Source of the DNA: Myxococcota bacterium
GTDB taxonomy: Bacteria; Myxococcota; XYA12-FULL-58-9; JALHOP01
DNA length: 64,000 nt
Assembly: GCA_041288095.1 (NCBI GenBank)
Contig: JBGGMJ010000112.1
Location: 146-64,145, forward strand
Direction of reading: 5' to 3'
A model generated the notes under the pieces. The model worked only from the letters and a program-made list of their open reading frames with translations, searched no databases and was not told where the DNA came from. Each line of letters starts with the position of its first letter. Position 1 is the stretch's first letter. Both the position numbers and the translations under genes were made by a program. Positions 31,113 to 41,200 of the stretch are shown here, one piece after another.

Positions 31113-31834
31113 GGTCGTGTCCCCCGTGGCGAGCGCGCAGCCGCTTTGCTCGCGATATCGGCACGCTGCGACAACGACGGCGCGCCCTTGAAGTCACCAA
31201 AGATAGCGCCGAGCATTTCTTGCGCGGTGATCTGGAAGCGGTCCACGAAGTGATATCGCTTGTTCAAGTCGACGAAGAGTAGCTCGATGAGCCCGTAGAG
31301 CGTGTCGAGCACACCTTCGCCGCGAACCGCAACCGCGGGATACACCGGCTCGCGTCCTTTTCGCGCGACCTCCGTCAGCTCGTCGATGCTACGGGCGCTC
31401 GGCAGGTCACGCTTGTTGAACTGAATGACCACCGGGATGCTGTCGGCGTCGAGGCCGTTCTCGGTGAGGAAACGCCGCATGCCCCGCCAGAACTCGTTGT
31501 TGTTCTGCGACTCGCTGCGCTGACTGTCGGCGACGAAGACCACGGCGTCGGCTCCGGAAAGCACGAGGCGCCGAGTCGCGGCGTGGATCACCTGGCCCGG
31601 CACCGTGAAGAGCTTGAGCTTGAGACGATAGCCGGAGCGTGTGTTCATCGTCACCGGCAGCACGTCGAAGAAGAGGGTGCGATCGTTGGCGGTGTCGAGG
31701 GTCGTGAGCCGGCCACACGCATCCGGCTTCAGGGCGCGATGCAATGCTTGCAGGTTCGATGTCTTACCGCTCAGCGGAGGGCCGTAATAAACGACCTTGA
31801 GCACGATCTCGCGCTGGCCAGTGTTGAATTGCAC
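31109..31834 (-). CDS. MglA-like Ras-superfamily small GTPase
   Basis: Collinear with MglA. P-loop VVYYGPPLSGKTSNLQ, switch region RTLFFDVLP, TVPGQV, VVFVADSQ, and NKRD specificity motif (QFNKRDLP). Carries a roughly 50-aa C-terminal extension. Confidence 0.8.
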   Translation of the reverse strand: MQFNTGQREIVLKVVYYGPPLSGKTSNLQALHRALKPDACGRLTTLDTANDRTLFFDVLPVTMNTRSGYRLKLKLFTVPGQVIHAATRRLVLSGADAVVFVADSQRSESQNNNEFWRGMRRFLTENGLDADSIPVVIQFNKRDLPSARSIDELTEVARKGREPVYPAVAVRGEGVLDTLYGLIELLFVDLNKRYHFVDRFQITAQEMLGAIFGDFKGAPSLSQRADIASKAAARSPRGTRP

Positions 31835-31876
31835 GAGTGCAGGATACCCAAATTACAGCTCGCGCGACAAATTAGC

Positions 31877-33355
31877 TCAGTCGAGCCTACCGTCGGCGAG
31901 CTGCCCTGCCACGTCGTAGTCGCTGGCCTCGTCGATGACGATTTCGACCATCTGGCCGGGCGAAGCGGTCCCGCTGGTGATGTAGGTGACGCCGTCGATT
32001 TCGGGGGCCTGACCCTGGTGGCGGCCTTCCAGGAGGAGCTCGGTCTCCGAGGACACACCTTGGACCAGCACCTTGATACGGGAGCCGATCATCGCCTGGT
32101 GCTGCTCACGCGAGATGCCGCGCTGGAGCTCCATGAGGACCTCCTGGCGCTCCTTGGCGAGCTCGGGAGCGATCTGGCCCTCCATGGTGGCGGCCGGGGT
32201 GTCTTCTTCGGGCGAGAAGGTGAAGACGCCCATGCGCTCGAAGCGGATCTCTTCGACGAGGTCGCAGAGCTCCTTGAAGTCGGCGTCGGTCTCGCCGGGG
32301 AGGCCGGTGATGAAGGTGGTCCGCAAAACGAGACCGGGGACGGTGGCGCGGAGCTTACGCAGCAAGTCCTTGGTGGACTCACCGCCCTTGCCGCGGCGCA
32401 TGCGGCGCAACATGTCGTCGCTGATGTGCTGCAGCGGCATGTCGAGGTACGGCACGATGTGCTTCGAGCCAGCCATGACCTCCATGACCTCTTCGGTCAG
32501 GCCCTTGGGGTAGGCGTAGAGGCAGCGGATCCACTCGATACCGGTCTTGTCGAGCTCGCGGAGGAGCTTCGCCAGGTTCTCATCGCCGTCGCGGTCGTTG
32601 CCGAAAGCACAGAGGTCCTGGGCGATGAGGTTGATCTCGACGGTGCCCTGGTCCTTGAGGCGCATGGCCTCGTCGACGATGTCCGCGATGGCGCGCGAGC
32701 GCTGGGGCCCGCGCAGCTTCGGGATGATGCAGAACGAGCACGTGTTCGAGCAGCCCTCGCTCACCTTCAGGTATTGGCTGAAGAGCGCTTGGCTGGCCAC
32801 GCGAGGCGAACGCGAGGTGATGGTGAAGTCCGGATCGGGGATGCCCTCGCGAAGGTTCCCTTCGGCGGAGTGTCGATAAGGCACGAGCGCATTGCGGCCG
32901 ACGAGGCGGGCGTGGGGTTTCGGCTTGTGTTGCGGTGCGCCGAAGATGGGCAGCGAGGCGCGCGTCTTGGGGCCATGGTCGTGCTGTGTGCTATTGCGGA
33001 GTACGTCGGCGATGCCCTCGAAGTTGCCGGTGCCCAGGAAGTGATCGACTTCCGGGATCTCTTGCGCGAGTTGCGGCGCATACCGCTGCGACAGACAACC
33101 GGTGACCACGACCTTGCCTGCTTGACCCGCGGTCTTGAGCTTCACCATGTCGAGGATGGCGTCGACCGACTCTTCCTTGGCCGCGTCGATGAACGCGCAG
33201 GTGTTGACGACGATGACGTCAGCGCCCTCGGGCGCGTCAGCGTGCACGTAACCGTCAGCGGCCATGTGGCCGAGCATGACTTCGCTATCGACCCGATTTT
33301 TCGGGCACCCGAGAGATAGGAAATGGACGGTTTTCTTGGGGGAGGTACTGCTCAT
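31877..33355 (-). CDS. rimO: ribosomal protein S12 methylthiotransferase RimO (radical SAM)
   Basis: N-terminal MTTase block VHFLSLGCPKNRVDSEVM, radical-SAM CSNTCSFC, and a C-terminal TRAM domain. Start placed at the ATG at 33355 (MSSTSPKK); the track ORF extends to 33487. Confidence 0.85.
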   Translation of the reverse strand: MSSTSPKKTVHFLSLGCPKNRVDSEVMLGHMAADGYVHADAPEGADVIVVNTCAFIDAAKEESVDAILDMVKLKTAGQAGKVVVTGCLSQRYAPQLAQEIPEVDHFLGTGNFEGIADVLRNSTQHDHGPKTRASLPIFGAPQHKPKPHARLVGRNALVPYRHSAEGNLREGIPDPDFTITSRSPRVASQALFSQYLKVSEGCSNTCSFCIIPKLRGPQRSRAIADIVDEAMRLKDQGTVEINLIAQDLCAFGNDRDGDENLAKLLRELDKTGIEWIRCLYAYPKGLTEEVMEVMAGSKHIVPYLDMPLQHISDDMLRRMRRGKGGESTKDLLRKLRATVPGLVLRTTFITGLPGETDADFKELCDLVEEIRFERMGVFTFSPEEDTPAATMEGQIAPELAKERQEVLMELQRGISREQHQAMIGSRIKVLVQGVSSETELLLEGRHQGQAPEIDGVTYITSGTASPGQMVEIVIDEASDYDVAGQLADGRLD

Positions 33356-33448
33356 GCGCTGCTTCGACCTGGCGGCGCGGACCCTACAGATCGGGTGCCG
33401 AATCGGCAAGCCTGGATCGGTTGACAATCCACCTGCCAGGCGGGCCTT

Positions 33449-36127
33449 TTGCGGGCCATGCCGTCGCCCGCCCGGGTTTCCGTCCAATTTCTGCTCATCT
33501 CCGCGCTCGGCCTGAGCTACGCCGCTGGGTGCGGTTCCGAACCGTCCAAGGGGCAGCAGGACGAGGACACGGCCGATACCGACGACCTCGGCGGGGATGT
33601 CGACGATGGCGACGAGGACCTAGGGGACGGCGATGGCACGGTCGCTGGCGACGATCCTCCTCCGCCCCCTCCCCCGCCTCCACCCGCTCCAATCACGAAT
33701 GCGGGGAACGCGGCACGAACCGGTTGGTACGCGAACCAGCCCGGGCTGAATCCGGCCATCGTCGCCGGCACCACGTTCGGCAGACGATTCACCGTCGACC
33801 TCCCGGGCGGCCCGCTCGATCAGGTGTACGCCCAGCCGCTGGTGTTCGACGGGCGCGTCTTCGTCGTCACCGAGCTCAACAACGTCTATGCGCTGGATGC
33901 CGAGACCGGCGCGATCCTCGAATCGGCGAACCTCGGTGATCCCTGGGACACGGCCGATCTCGCGCCGGCTTGCCCTGACCTCGTCCCCAACATCGGCATC
34001 ACCGGCACTCCAGTGATCGACGCCGTCAATGCCGTCGCCTATCTGCTATCGAAGACATACGACGAGCCGAGTGGCGAGCCCGTCTACCTCGCGCACGCTC
34101 TCGACACCACGACACTCCTGGAGAAGCCGGGCTTCCCCATCGAAATCCAAGGCGTCGCCGATAACGACCCGAACGTTTCCTTCGCCCCGCTGTTGCATCT
34201 GCAGCGGCCGGGACTCTTGCTGCTCGATGGTGTCGTCTACGCCGCCTTCGGCGGGCAGTGCGATGTTGGCTTCTATAGCGGATGGGTCGTGGGCTTCACC
34301 CCGGAAGGCGTGGTCACCGCCATGTTCGCCGCGGAGACCGGCCCCGATTCCCTGCGCGGGTCGGGCATCTGGCAATCGGGCTCGGGTCTCATGGCCGACG
34401 ACGACGGGCGCATCTTCTTCGTGACCGGCAACAGCTTCTCGACGGCGGCTCGCTTGCCGACTCCGGGCGCGACGCCGCCGGGATCGCTCGGCCAAGCCAT
34501 GGTGCGTCTGCGGGTCGAGCCCAACCGCACGCTCGCGGCCGACGATTTCTTCATCCCGTACAACGTCCGCGCCCTCGACGATAACGACGTCGACTTCGGC
34601 TCCGGCGGTCCAGTGGCGCTGCCCGATGACGTCTTCGGCACCGACGCACACCCGCGTCTCGCCATCGCGGTTGGCAAGGTCGGGATCCTCTACGTCTTCG
34701 ATCGCGACGACTTGGGCGGTCACAAGCAGGGCGCGAACGGCGACGATGCCGTGCTCGGGCGCGTGAACCTCATCGGCGGCGCCTGGTCACGACCGGCGAT
34801 CTGGCCTGGCGACGGCGGGCTCGCGTACTTCGTGCTCAACAACGCGCGCATCCAAGTGATGCAATATGCGGTCGACGGCGCCGGCAACCCGTCATTCGCC
34901 AACATCGGCCAAGGTGAGACCGAGCTCGGTTACACCTCGGGGTCGCCCATCGTCACCTCGGACGGCACGACGTCCGGTACGGCACTCGTCTGGACAGTGG
35001 CAACCACCGGCGCCTTCGGCAACGGCGAGCTGCGCGCCTATGACGCGGTCCCCGACGAGGCGGGCGTCGTGCACCAGCGTTACGCCGACAGCTTTGGCGC
35101 CGCCACCAAGTTCTTCTCGCCGGGTGTCGGCGACGGTCGCCTGTATGTCGGCACGCGCGACGGCCGCGTCATCGCATACGGCGCGCCGGCCACCTCACCC
35201 GTCACGGTCGCCGCCACCGACTTCGGCACCGTCGTGGTCGGCAACACGGTGACCCGCACTGTGACGATCAGCGCCAACCAAGCGTTGTTGCTCGAGAGCA
35301 TCACCATCATCGACCCGGCGTTCACCGTCGACGTAAGTGCGCTCGCCTTGCCGGTCACCATGGCCGCCGGCGAAGAGATAAGCGTCGACGTCACCTTCGA
35401 GCCCGACGATTCCGGCCTCTTCTTGGCGACGCTCGATATCGGCACGTCGGTCGGCGACGCTTCCGCATCACTCCGCGGTAGCGGACAGACGGCCGGCCCG
35501 AAGCTCGTGCTCTCGTCGCCGTTCGTAAGCTTCGGCGGCGTCACCACCAACGACACCTTCACGGTCAACGTCATCGCCAAGAACGTCGGGGCGCAAGTGT
35601 TGATCTTCAGCGGCTCGACCGACCCGGCGTCGCCGTTCTTCACGCAGAATGTCCCCGCCGCCGCGAGCACGCTGGCGTCCGGAGCGTCGGTGACCTTCAC
35701 CATCGGCTTTCACCCCACGACGGCCGGCGCCTACGACGGCACGTTCACGCTCGCGAGCAACGGCGGTAGCGACAGCATCGGCATGAGCGGCACCGCGGCC
35801 GCGCCCGGTCACATGGTGATCACACCCATGACCGTCGACTTCGGCGACGTCGCCGTGGGCGACGAGGAGACCCAGTCGTTCACCGTCGCCAATGACGGTG
35901 GGACGTACATCGTCATCGCCAAATCGAAGCCGCCGATCACCGCCGGCTTCAGCGCCGTGAGCAGCCTCGATGAAGGCACCCGCATCAATCCCGGCGCCTC
36001 GCGCACCATCAACGTGAAGTTCGCGCCGGTTACAGTGAGCGCCGGCGCCGAGGCTTTCTGGACGATCACCGCGACGGACGGCCAAGGCGTGCAGAACGTC
36101 CGGCTCACCGGCAACGGCGTGCCCTAA
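33449..36127 (+). CDS. secreted lipoprotein with a PQQ-like beta-propeller followed by repeated choice-of-anchor-D/Ig-like domains
   Basis: Leader ...LISALGLSYAAGC, an acidic stretch, ten consecutive Pro codons, and PQQ-type repeats (NNVYALDAETGAIL). Four C-terminal roughly 100-aa repeats of the pattern DFG.V.VG...T..VT..N.G. Confidence 0.7.
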   Translation: MRAMPSPARVSVQFLLISALGLSYAAGCGSEPSKGQQDEDTADTDDLGGDVDDGDEDLGDGDGTVAGDDPPPPPPPPPPAPITNAGNAARTGWYANQPGLNPAIVAGTTFGRRFTVDLPGGPLDQVYAQPLVFDGRVFVVTELNNVYALDAETGAILESANLGDPWDTADLAPACPDLVPNIGITGTPVIDAVNAVAYLLSKTYDEPSGEPVYLAHALDTTTLLEKPGFPIEIQGVADNDPNVSFAPLLHLQRPGLLLLDGVVYAAFGGQCDVGFYSGWVVGFTPEGVVTAMFAAETGPDSLRGSGIWQSGSGLMADDDGRIFFVTGNSFSTAARLPTPGATPPGSLGQAMVRLRVEPNRTLAADDFFIPYNVRALDDNDVDFGSGGPVALPDDVFGTDAHPRLAIAVGKVGILYVFDRDDLGGHKQGANGDDAVLGRVNLIGGAWSRPAIWPGDGGLAYFVLNNARIQVMQYAVDGAGNPSFANIGQGETELGYTSGSPIVTSDGTTSGTALVWTVATTGAFGNGELRAYDAVPDEAGVVHQRYADSFGAATKFFSPGVGDGRLYVGTRDGRVIAYGAPATSPVTVAATDFGTVVVGNTVTRTVTISANQALLLESITIIDPAFTVDVSALALPVTMAAGEEISVDVTFEPDDSGLFLATLDIGTSVGDASASLRGSGQTAGPKLVLSSPFVSFGGVTTNDTFTVNVIAKNVGAQVLIFSGSTDPASPFFTQNVPAAASTLASGASVTFTIGFHPTTAGAYDGTFTLASNGGSDSIGMSGTAAAPGHMVITPMTVDFGDVAVGDEETQSFTVANDGGTYIVIAKSKPPITAGFSAVSSLDEGTRINPGASRTINVKFAPVTVSAGAEAFWTITATDGQGVQNVRLTGNGVP

Positions 36128-36324
36128 GGAGCCTCGTAAAACTCGCGAATGGCGGCGGTCTCTTGACCGAGCTCGGCGATCCAATAAGTCGTCGCACCCG
36201 CGTCCATGTCGCTGCCCTTCAAGCGCGCCATCACCTGCTCGGCCTCCTTGCGGGTGTCGCAGAGCGCGCGCGTGAGGGGTTTGCCGCGGCTCTCGGAACA
36301 GACGGCGTAAGCGACGCGGATCAT
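36124..36324 (-). CDS. small hypothetical protein (66 aa), last gene of the giant-lipoprotein operon
   Basis: The ATG at 36324 overlaps the stop of the upstream gene (ATGA at 36321-36324). Sequence MIRVAYAVCSESRGKPLTRALCDTRKEAEQVMARLKG... The longer track ORF (to 36465) would overlap the upstream gene by 140 nt. Confidence 0.45.
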   Translation of the reverse strand: MIRVAYAVCSESRGKPLTRALCDTRKEAEQVMARLKGSDMDAGATTYWIAELGQETAAIREFYEAP

Positions 36325-37376
36325 GCTGCGAGCTCCGGCAGGCGAATGGTGGTCGTTTCGGGCGCCTCGTCGGCCTTTAGCCCCTCGAAGCCGATGAGCT
36401 TGCGGTCGTGTCCCCAGCCGGGACCGAAGAACGCGACGCGCAGATCGGTGAGCGGCTCGTGCCACGCCGGATCGCTCACGTAGCGGGCCATCGACGGACG
36501 CAGAGTGACGACCACGAAGCCGTGCGGGGTGTCGGTCCTCAGGGTGCGGCCGGCGCAGACCATCACCTCGAAGGCGAGAGTGCGCGTGAAGGCCTGCAGG
36601 AAGCCGGCGGCGACCGCCCGTTGCACGAAGCAGATGCCTTGGCCCTGGGTGAAGAGAACGCCGGCCTTGTTACCGGTGTAACCCTCGGTGCCGGCGTAAC
36701 GCATGCGTTGGCGGGCGGCGAGACGCGAGATCAACCGCTCCTGCTCGGCCCTCACCGCATCGGGGTGGCCGGTGAAGTCCAGCGCTTCGAGGTCGTGCGC
36801 GAGGTCGATGTAGGCCGCGCAGATCTGCGCCTTCATCAACGGCTCGTTGTAGTCGACATGAACGTTGGCGAGCACTCCGCCCGATGACGGCACGCCGCGT
36901 GGCTCGTTCCATTCGTAGATGTCCGTTTTAGCGACACGCAGGAGAGCGGGCGCGCCCTCGAGCTCGAGCACGAAACGGTCGTCGTCCTCGCCCAAGAGCC
37001 GCGCACGGTGCGTGAAACCGAGCTCGGCGTCGGCGCGGTACTCGCCCACGGGGCGCTGCGAATCGCGGACGCGATGATTGACGTGCGCCTGCACGAAGAG
37101 CTCGCGGCCGAAGACGTACTTCGGCTCTTGCATGGCCTCGGTAAGACCGTTGGGGAGCTTGGCAAGCAGCCCCAAATCGAGCAGCTCTCCCGGGTGGGTG
37201 GCGCCGGTGATCGACGGCAGCGCCGCGAACAGCGCCCGCGATTCGGTGCTCGTCAGCTCGCCCGTCAAGGCGTCGATGCCCGTTGCTCGCTGAAAGCCCC
37301 CGCTCTGCACCAGCTCCTTGAGCCGGGCGACGGCTCTGCGGCTCATGTCGCCGTGCCAGGTTTGAGGGAGACTCAT
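36321..37376 (-). CDS. transglutaminase-fold (Cys-His-Asp) protein, cytoplasmic
   Basis: GQGICFVQRAVAAGFLQAF...(36 aa from Cys)...TPHGFVVV...(17 aa from His)...SDPAW reproduces the transglutaminase-core Cys/His/Asp order and spacing. No signal peptide. Confidence 0.55.
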   Translation of the reverse strand: MSLPQTWHGDMSRRAVARLKELVQSGGFQRATGIDALTGELTSTESRALFAALPSITGATHPGELLDLGLLAKLPNGLTEAMQEPKYVFGRELFVQAHVNHRVRDSQRPVGEYRADAELGFTHRARLLGEDDDRFVLELEGAPALLRVAKTDIYEWNEPRGVPSSGGVLANVHVDYNEPLMKAQICAAYIDLAHDLEALDFTGHPDAVRAEQERLISRLAARQRMRYAGTEGYTGNKAGVLFTQGQGICFVQRAVAAGFLQAFTRTLAFEVMVCAGRTLRTDTPHGFVVVTLRPSMARYVSDPAWHEPLTDLRVAFFGPGWGHDRKLIGFEGLKADEAPETTTIRLPELAA

Positions 37377-37425
37377 CGTGGGAAGATCATAGTGCAGAAG
37401 ACATGGCTCGCTCCAATTGTCGGCG

Positions 37426-38295
37426 CTACGGCCACTTCCTGCGAACCGTTACCACGAGGTTGTCCTCGACCCACCGCTTGGCGTCGGCCGCGCTCAGCCC
37501 CGGCCCGACGGGGCCTGGCGTTCGCAGGGCATCGAGCGTGCACTGCTTGATGCTCCGTCGCCACGCGGTTGGCAGCCGCTTGTCGAAGATCCACTCGAGA
37601 GCGCGGCCGGGCGGCACCGGATGAATCGACACGCCTTCCTTCTGATAGCGCCCGAAGTGACGAAAGGTTTGGTAGCACAGCTTGTTGGCGCCGAGCTCAC
37701 GCTCCGTCCCATGCCAGCTCTTGAACTCCTGATCGGCCTCACGAGCGCCGTCGCGTCTCCTCGCGTCTCGGAACTTGAGGTGGTCGCGGCCCGCTCCCCC
37801 AACCGCCGGCTCGATCTCGATGAGGCTATTGGGGAGGTTCTTCGCGGACTCGTGAATGGCGAACGCCGCGCCACGAGAAGGGTCCTTCGGATACACCGCG
37901 AACTCACGGGCAAGTCCCTCCAAGCGCTCGGTGGCGACGGGATCGCCGGCGAACTGCCGGGATAACTTCGCGTAGTCCGCAAGGGCTGCCTTCGCGGCGT
38001 CTGGGCCCAGCTCCTCGTCCAGGTTCGTGATCGCCTTGCCCAATCGCTTCAACGCCTCGTCGTTGCCGTGCTGCTTGCCGACGGTCGCGAGCATGCGCAG
38101 GAGACCTTCCTGCGCGTCCGGGTCGTTCTTGACGATCGCGGAGATGCGCGGGTTGGTGAAATGCGACTTGACCTGGTTGAAGAACGAAACACGCCCAGGC
38201 GACGACCCGGGCTTGATGCTCTTACGCTTGCCCGCTTCGGCGGACGACCCGACGAGCAGCACGGCAACCAGTAGAGCAATGATGGGCAGCTTCAT
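37426..38295 (-). CDS. secreted hypothetical protein (290 aa)
   Basis: Signal peptide MKLPIIALLVAVLLVGSSAEA. The ATG at 38295 overlaps the stop of the giant gene (ATGA at 38292-38295). No recognisable domain. Confidence 0.6.
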   Translation of the reverse strand: MKLPIIALLVAVLLVGSSAEAGKRKSIKPGSSPGRVSFFNQVKSHFTNPRISAIVKNDPDAQEGLLRMLATVGKQHGNDEALKRLGKAITNLDEELGPDAAKAALADYAKLSRQFAGDPVATERLEGLAREFAVYPKDPSRGAAFAIHESAKNLPNSLIEIEPAVGGAGRDHLKFRDARRRDGAREADQEFKSWHGTERELGANKLCYQTFRHFGRYQKEGVSIHPVPPGRALEWIFDKRLPTAWRRSIKQCTLDALRTPGPVGPGLSAADAKRWVEDNLVVTVRRKWP

Positions 38296-41200
38296 GGCGT
38301 CGTGCCCTCCAGCTCCGTCGCAAGCGGCACGACTCTCCTCATCAACGCGTCGAACGCGGCCGGCTGCAGCTCTTCGTGGAGGTGGTACCAAGCGAAGACG
38401 TCCGTGACGTTCGAGAAGCCGGCCATCACGTCGTCACCGAAATTCTGCGCCTGGGTCTGCAAGGTGGCGACGAAGGATTGTGCGCCGGCGACCCATCGCG
38501 GCCATGAGTCGCCCGCGAGATGTTTCGCGGTGACCTCCATGAATTGCGCTATAGCGGTCGAAGCGAGCTCGTCCTTGACGTTATCAGCGACCTGTTTGAG
38601 CAGGCGCTTCGAGACGGTGACCACGGCAGCACGTACGCCGCCAGCCGCGACAGAAGCGCCTCCAGCCGTAACGATGTCACCGATAAGCCCGAGCACCGCG
38701 AAACCGACGTTGAGCATGCTGACTTCGTCGCATCCACTCGCGGCCTTGTAGGCTTCCTGGGCGAGCGTTCTCAGGCTGCCGACGAACGGCAACATCTCGC
38801 TCGCCCATGCCGCGGCGCGCTCGTACCAGGCGGGGCTCTCACCGATGCCCTCGGTGCCCATCATGAAGGCCTTGCCCGCGGCGACGAGGTGACCCCACAG
38901 GGACTTCGGACACGCGGTCACCGTGACTTCGTTCTGCGTCGAGCCCGAGACGACTAGGCGTGCTTCGACCGGGCCGTAGACGGTCGGGCCACCAGCGTTT
39001 GGATCGATGCGCATGATGAGCAGCGCGTCGCCGTTCGCGTCCGTGCGGATTGTGCCGTCCGCGGCGAGGCCAACGAGCTCGAACATCGACTCGCCGCCGC
39101 CGTGCTTGACGAAGCGCAACTCATCGATGTGTCCTCTAAAACCGACACCGACGTCGACGTCCGCGGTTGAAACCGGAACCGCGACCGCGCCGAGAATCGC
39201 GAATGCGCCGTCACGCGCGGCGCCGGTTGGCTCGACGGACAACCGCAGTGAGCGACCGTCGAAGTACACTTCGGCTCGGGTCCAGGCTCCGATGGGCACG
39301 TCGATTGGGCTCTCCACGGACGCCGCCGTGCCTGCGATCTCGAAACGCAGCCGGTGCGCCCCGCTCGGATCCCGAACGAGCCGTAGCGCATACTGCCCCG
39401 GGCGCTGCAGGACCGTGGCGTTGCCGGCCACGGCCGGCCGCAGCGCTAGCGAAAAGACCATGCCGCCGGCGAGATCGTTGACCGGTGCGGCGGGGGCCAC
39501 GACCCGCGCCGAGCCATCGAAGCGCATCGAGCCCTGACCCTCGGCGGTCACACCGCTGTCGAGGACGGCGCCGCGGACTTCACCTTGGTTGCGGCCATCG
39601 ATGTCGGGAGTGAGGTCGCCCGGCAGGACCGTGTCGAAGGGATAATACGAGGAGAGCGTCCACACCGTCGGATCGACGACGTCGACTTTGTGCACGTGGC
39701 CCGGTTGACCGCGTAAGCGGACGGTGGTCTCGTTGTAATACGGCACGCCCAGGAGCCCGTCGTCTTCGGTTGCCCACGGGTGGGCTGCTCGCTCGCCACG
39801 GTCTTGGAGCGTCTCGACGAAGACGACACCGCCCGCACCGCTGCCACCATCGCTGGCCAAGACGTCGTGCTCGATGGCGATGGTCGTCGGGCTACTCGTG
39901 GTCCACCGCATCCCCGGCTCGCTCGCGACCGCGCCGACCGTGCCGACACTCGCGGTCACGAAGACGTCGCCCAGCTTGGCACTCTCGGCCGTGACCTCGA
40001 TGCTGGCGACGCCGCCGGCGTCGGTAGGCACGACGCCACCGAGAGGCGCGAGGCGACCATTACTGGAGCTGAACTGGACGGAGGCGTTGCGCAAGTACAC
40101 GCGGCCACCGCTTGGACTCTCGCGGTAGACCCAGACTTGGACGCGGCGCCGATCACGCTTGAGTAGGTCCGGCGCGAGAAACGTCGCCAGATCTCCGCTC
40201 GTCATGGTGCCGAGTGGCTTCCGCTCGATCTTCAGAGGGCCGAGCACCGGCGGCAATGGCGCTCCGCCTTCGAGCACGGAGCCGTTCGCGGGCGCCGTGG
40301 TAGTGCCGGTCGCGATGACGATCTGGCTGGGGTCCAGAGCGGGCGTCTGCTGCCACGGACAGCTCGGATAGCGTGTCTGCTTGAAGACGATACTGACTTT
40401 GCCATCGCCGTCGGTGAGGCCGCGCATCGCTTCCTCGGGTACAGGCACGGCGTCATCGGGCTGGTTCGGGTCGAAGGTCGCGCCCAAGAACCCACTGCCT
40501 TCGATGCTCCAGCTAACCTCGCGTCCTTGTTCGAGTGGATTGAGAAACCGGTCGAACATGTAGACGTCGATCGTCGCTTCCTCAGCCGAGCCGACGGGAG
40601 CAATGAAGCGGCTCGCGCCCCAATCTCGGCGTACATCGGAAAGCGGCCTGCCCCAGAGGCTCCCGGGCCTGAATGGCTGTGTCGGGTTGGTGACGTGATA
40701 GGTCTTCGAGCCCGGGACGACGCGTACCGCGAGCGACGCGGTCAAACGCTGACCATCCCCCGCCACGGCTCTCACGGTAACGTCGAACGTGTCGCCCGCT
40801 TTGGCGGACTTACCACCCGCGATGGCGTGCCAGAAGGAGAGGATCGCGAGCGACTCCGCGCCCTTCACCGGATGGTCGTCCAAGCGCGTACTACCGTTGC
40901 CGGCGGAGAAACCGGACCAGAGTTGCGGCGAGCCCGGGCCCCGCACTTCCCAATCGACCGTCAGGTCATCGGGCAAGACGCGACTTGGCAAGGCGACATC
41001 TGGCCGCAGCAGGGCGACGAGATTGACCGCGAGCTCCACCTCGCCGCCGTCGGCGTCGAACGCGACGTTGTCGGCGGCGACCTCGACCACTCCCGAACGA
41101 TCGTACGCATCGACCTGGGGCTCTCCCGCGACGAGCTCGAGCGTCCAGCCGACGACCCGCAAGACGATCTCATCGCTGCATTCCGCGGCGCACGGGGTCT

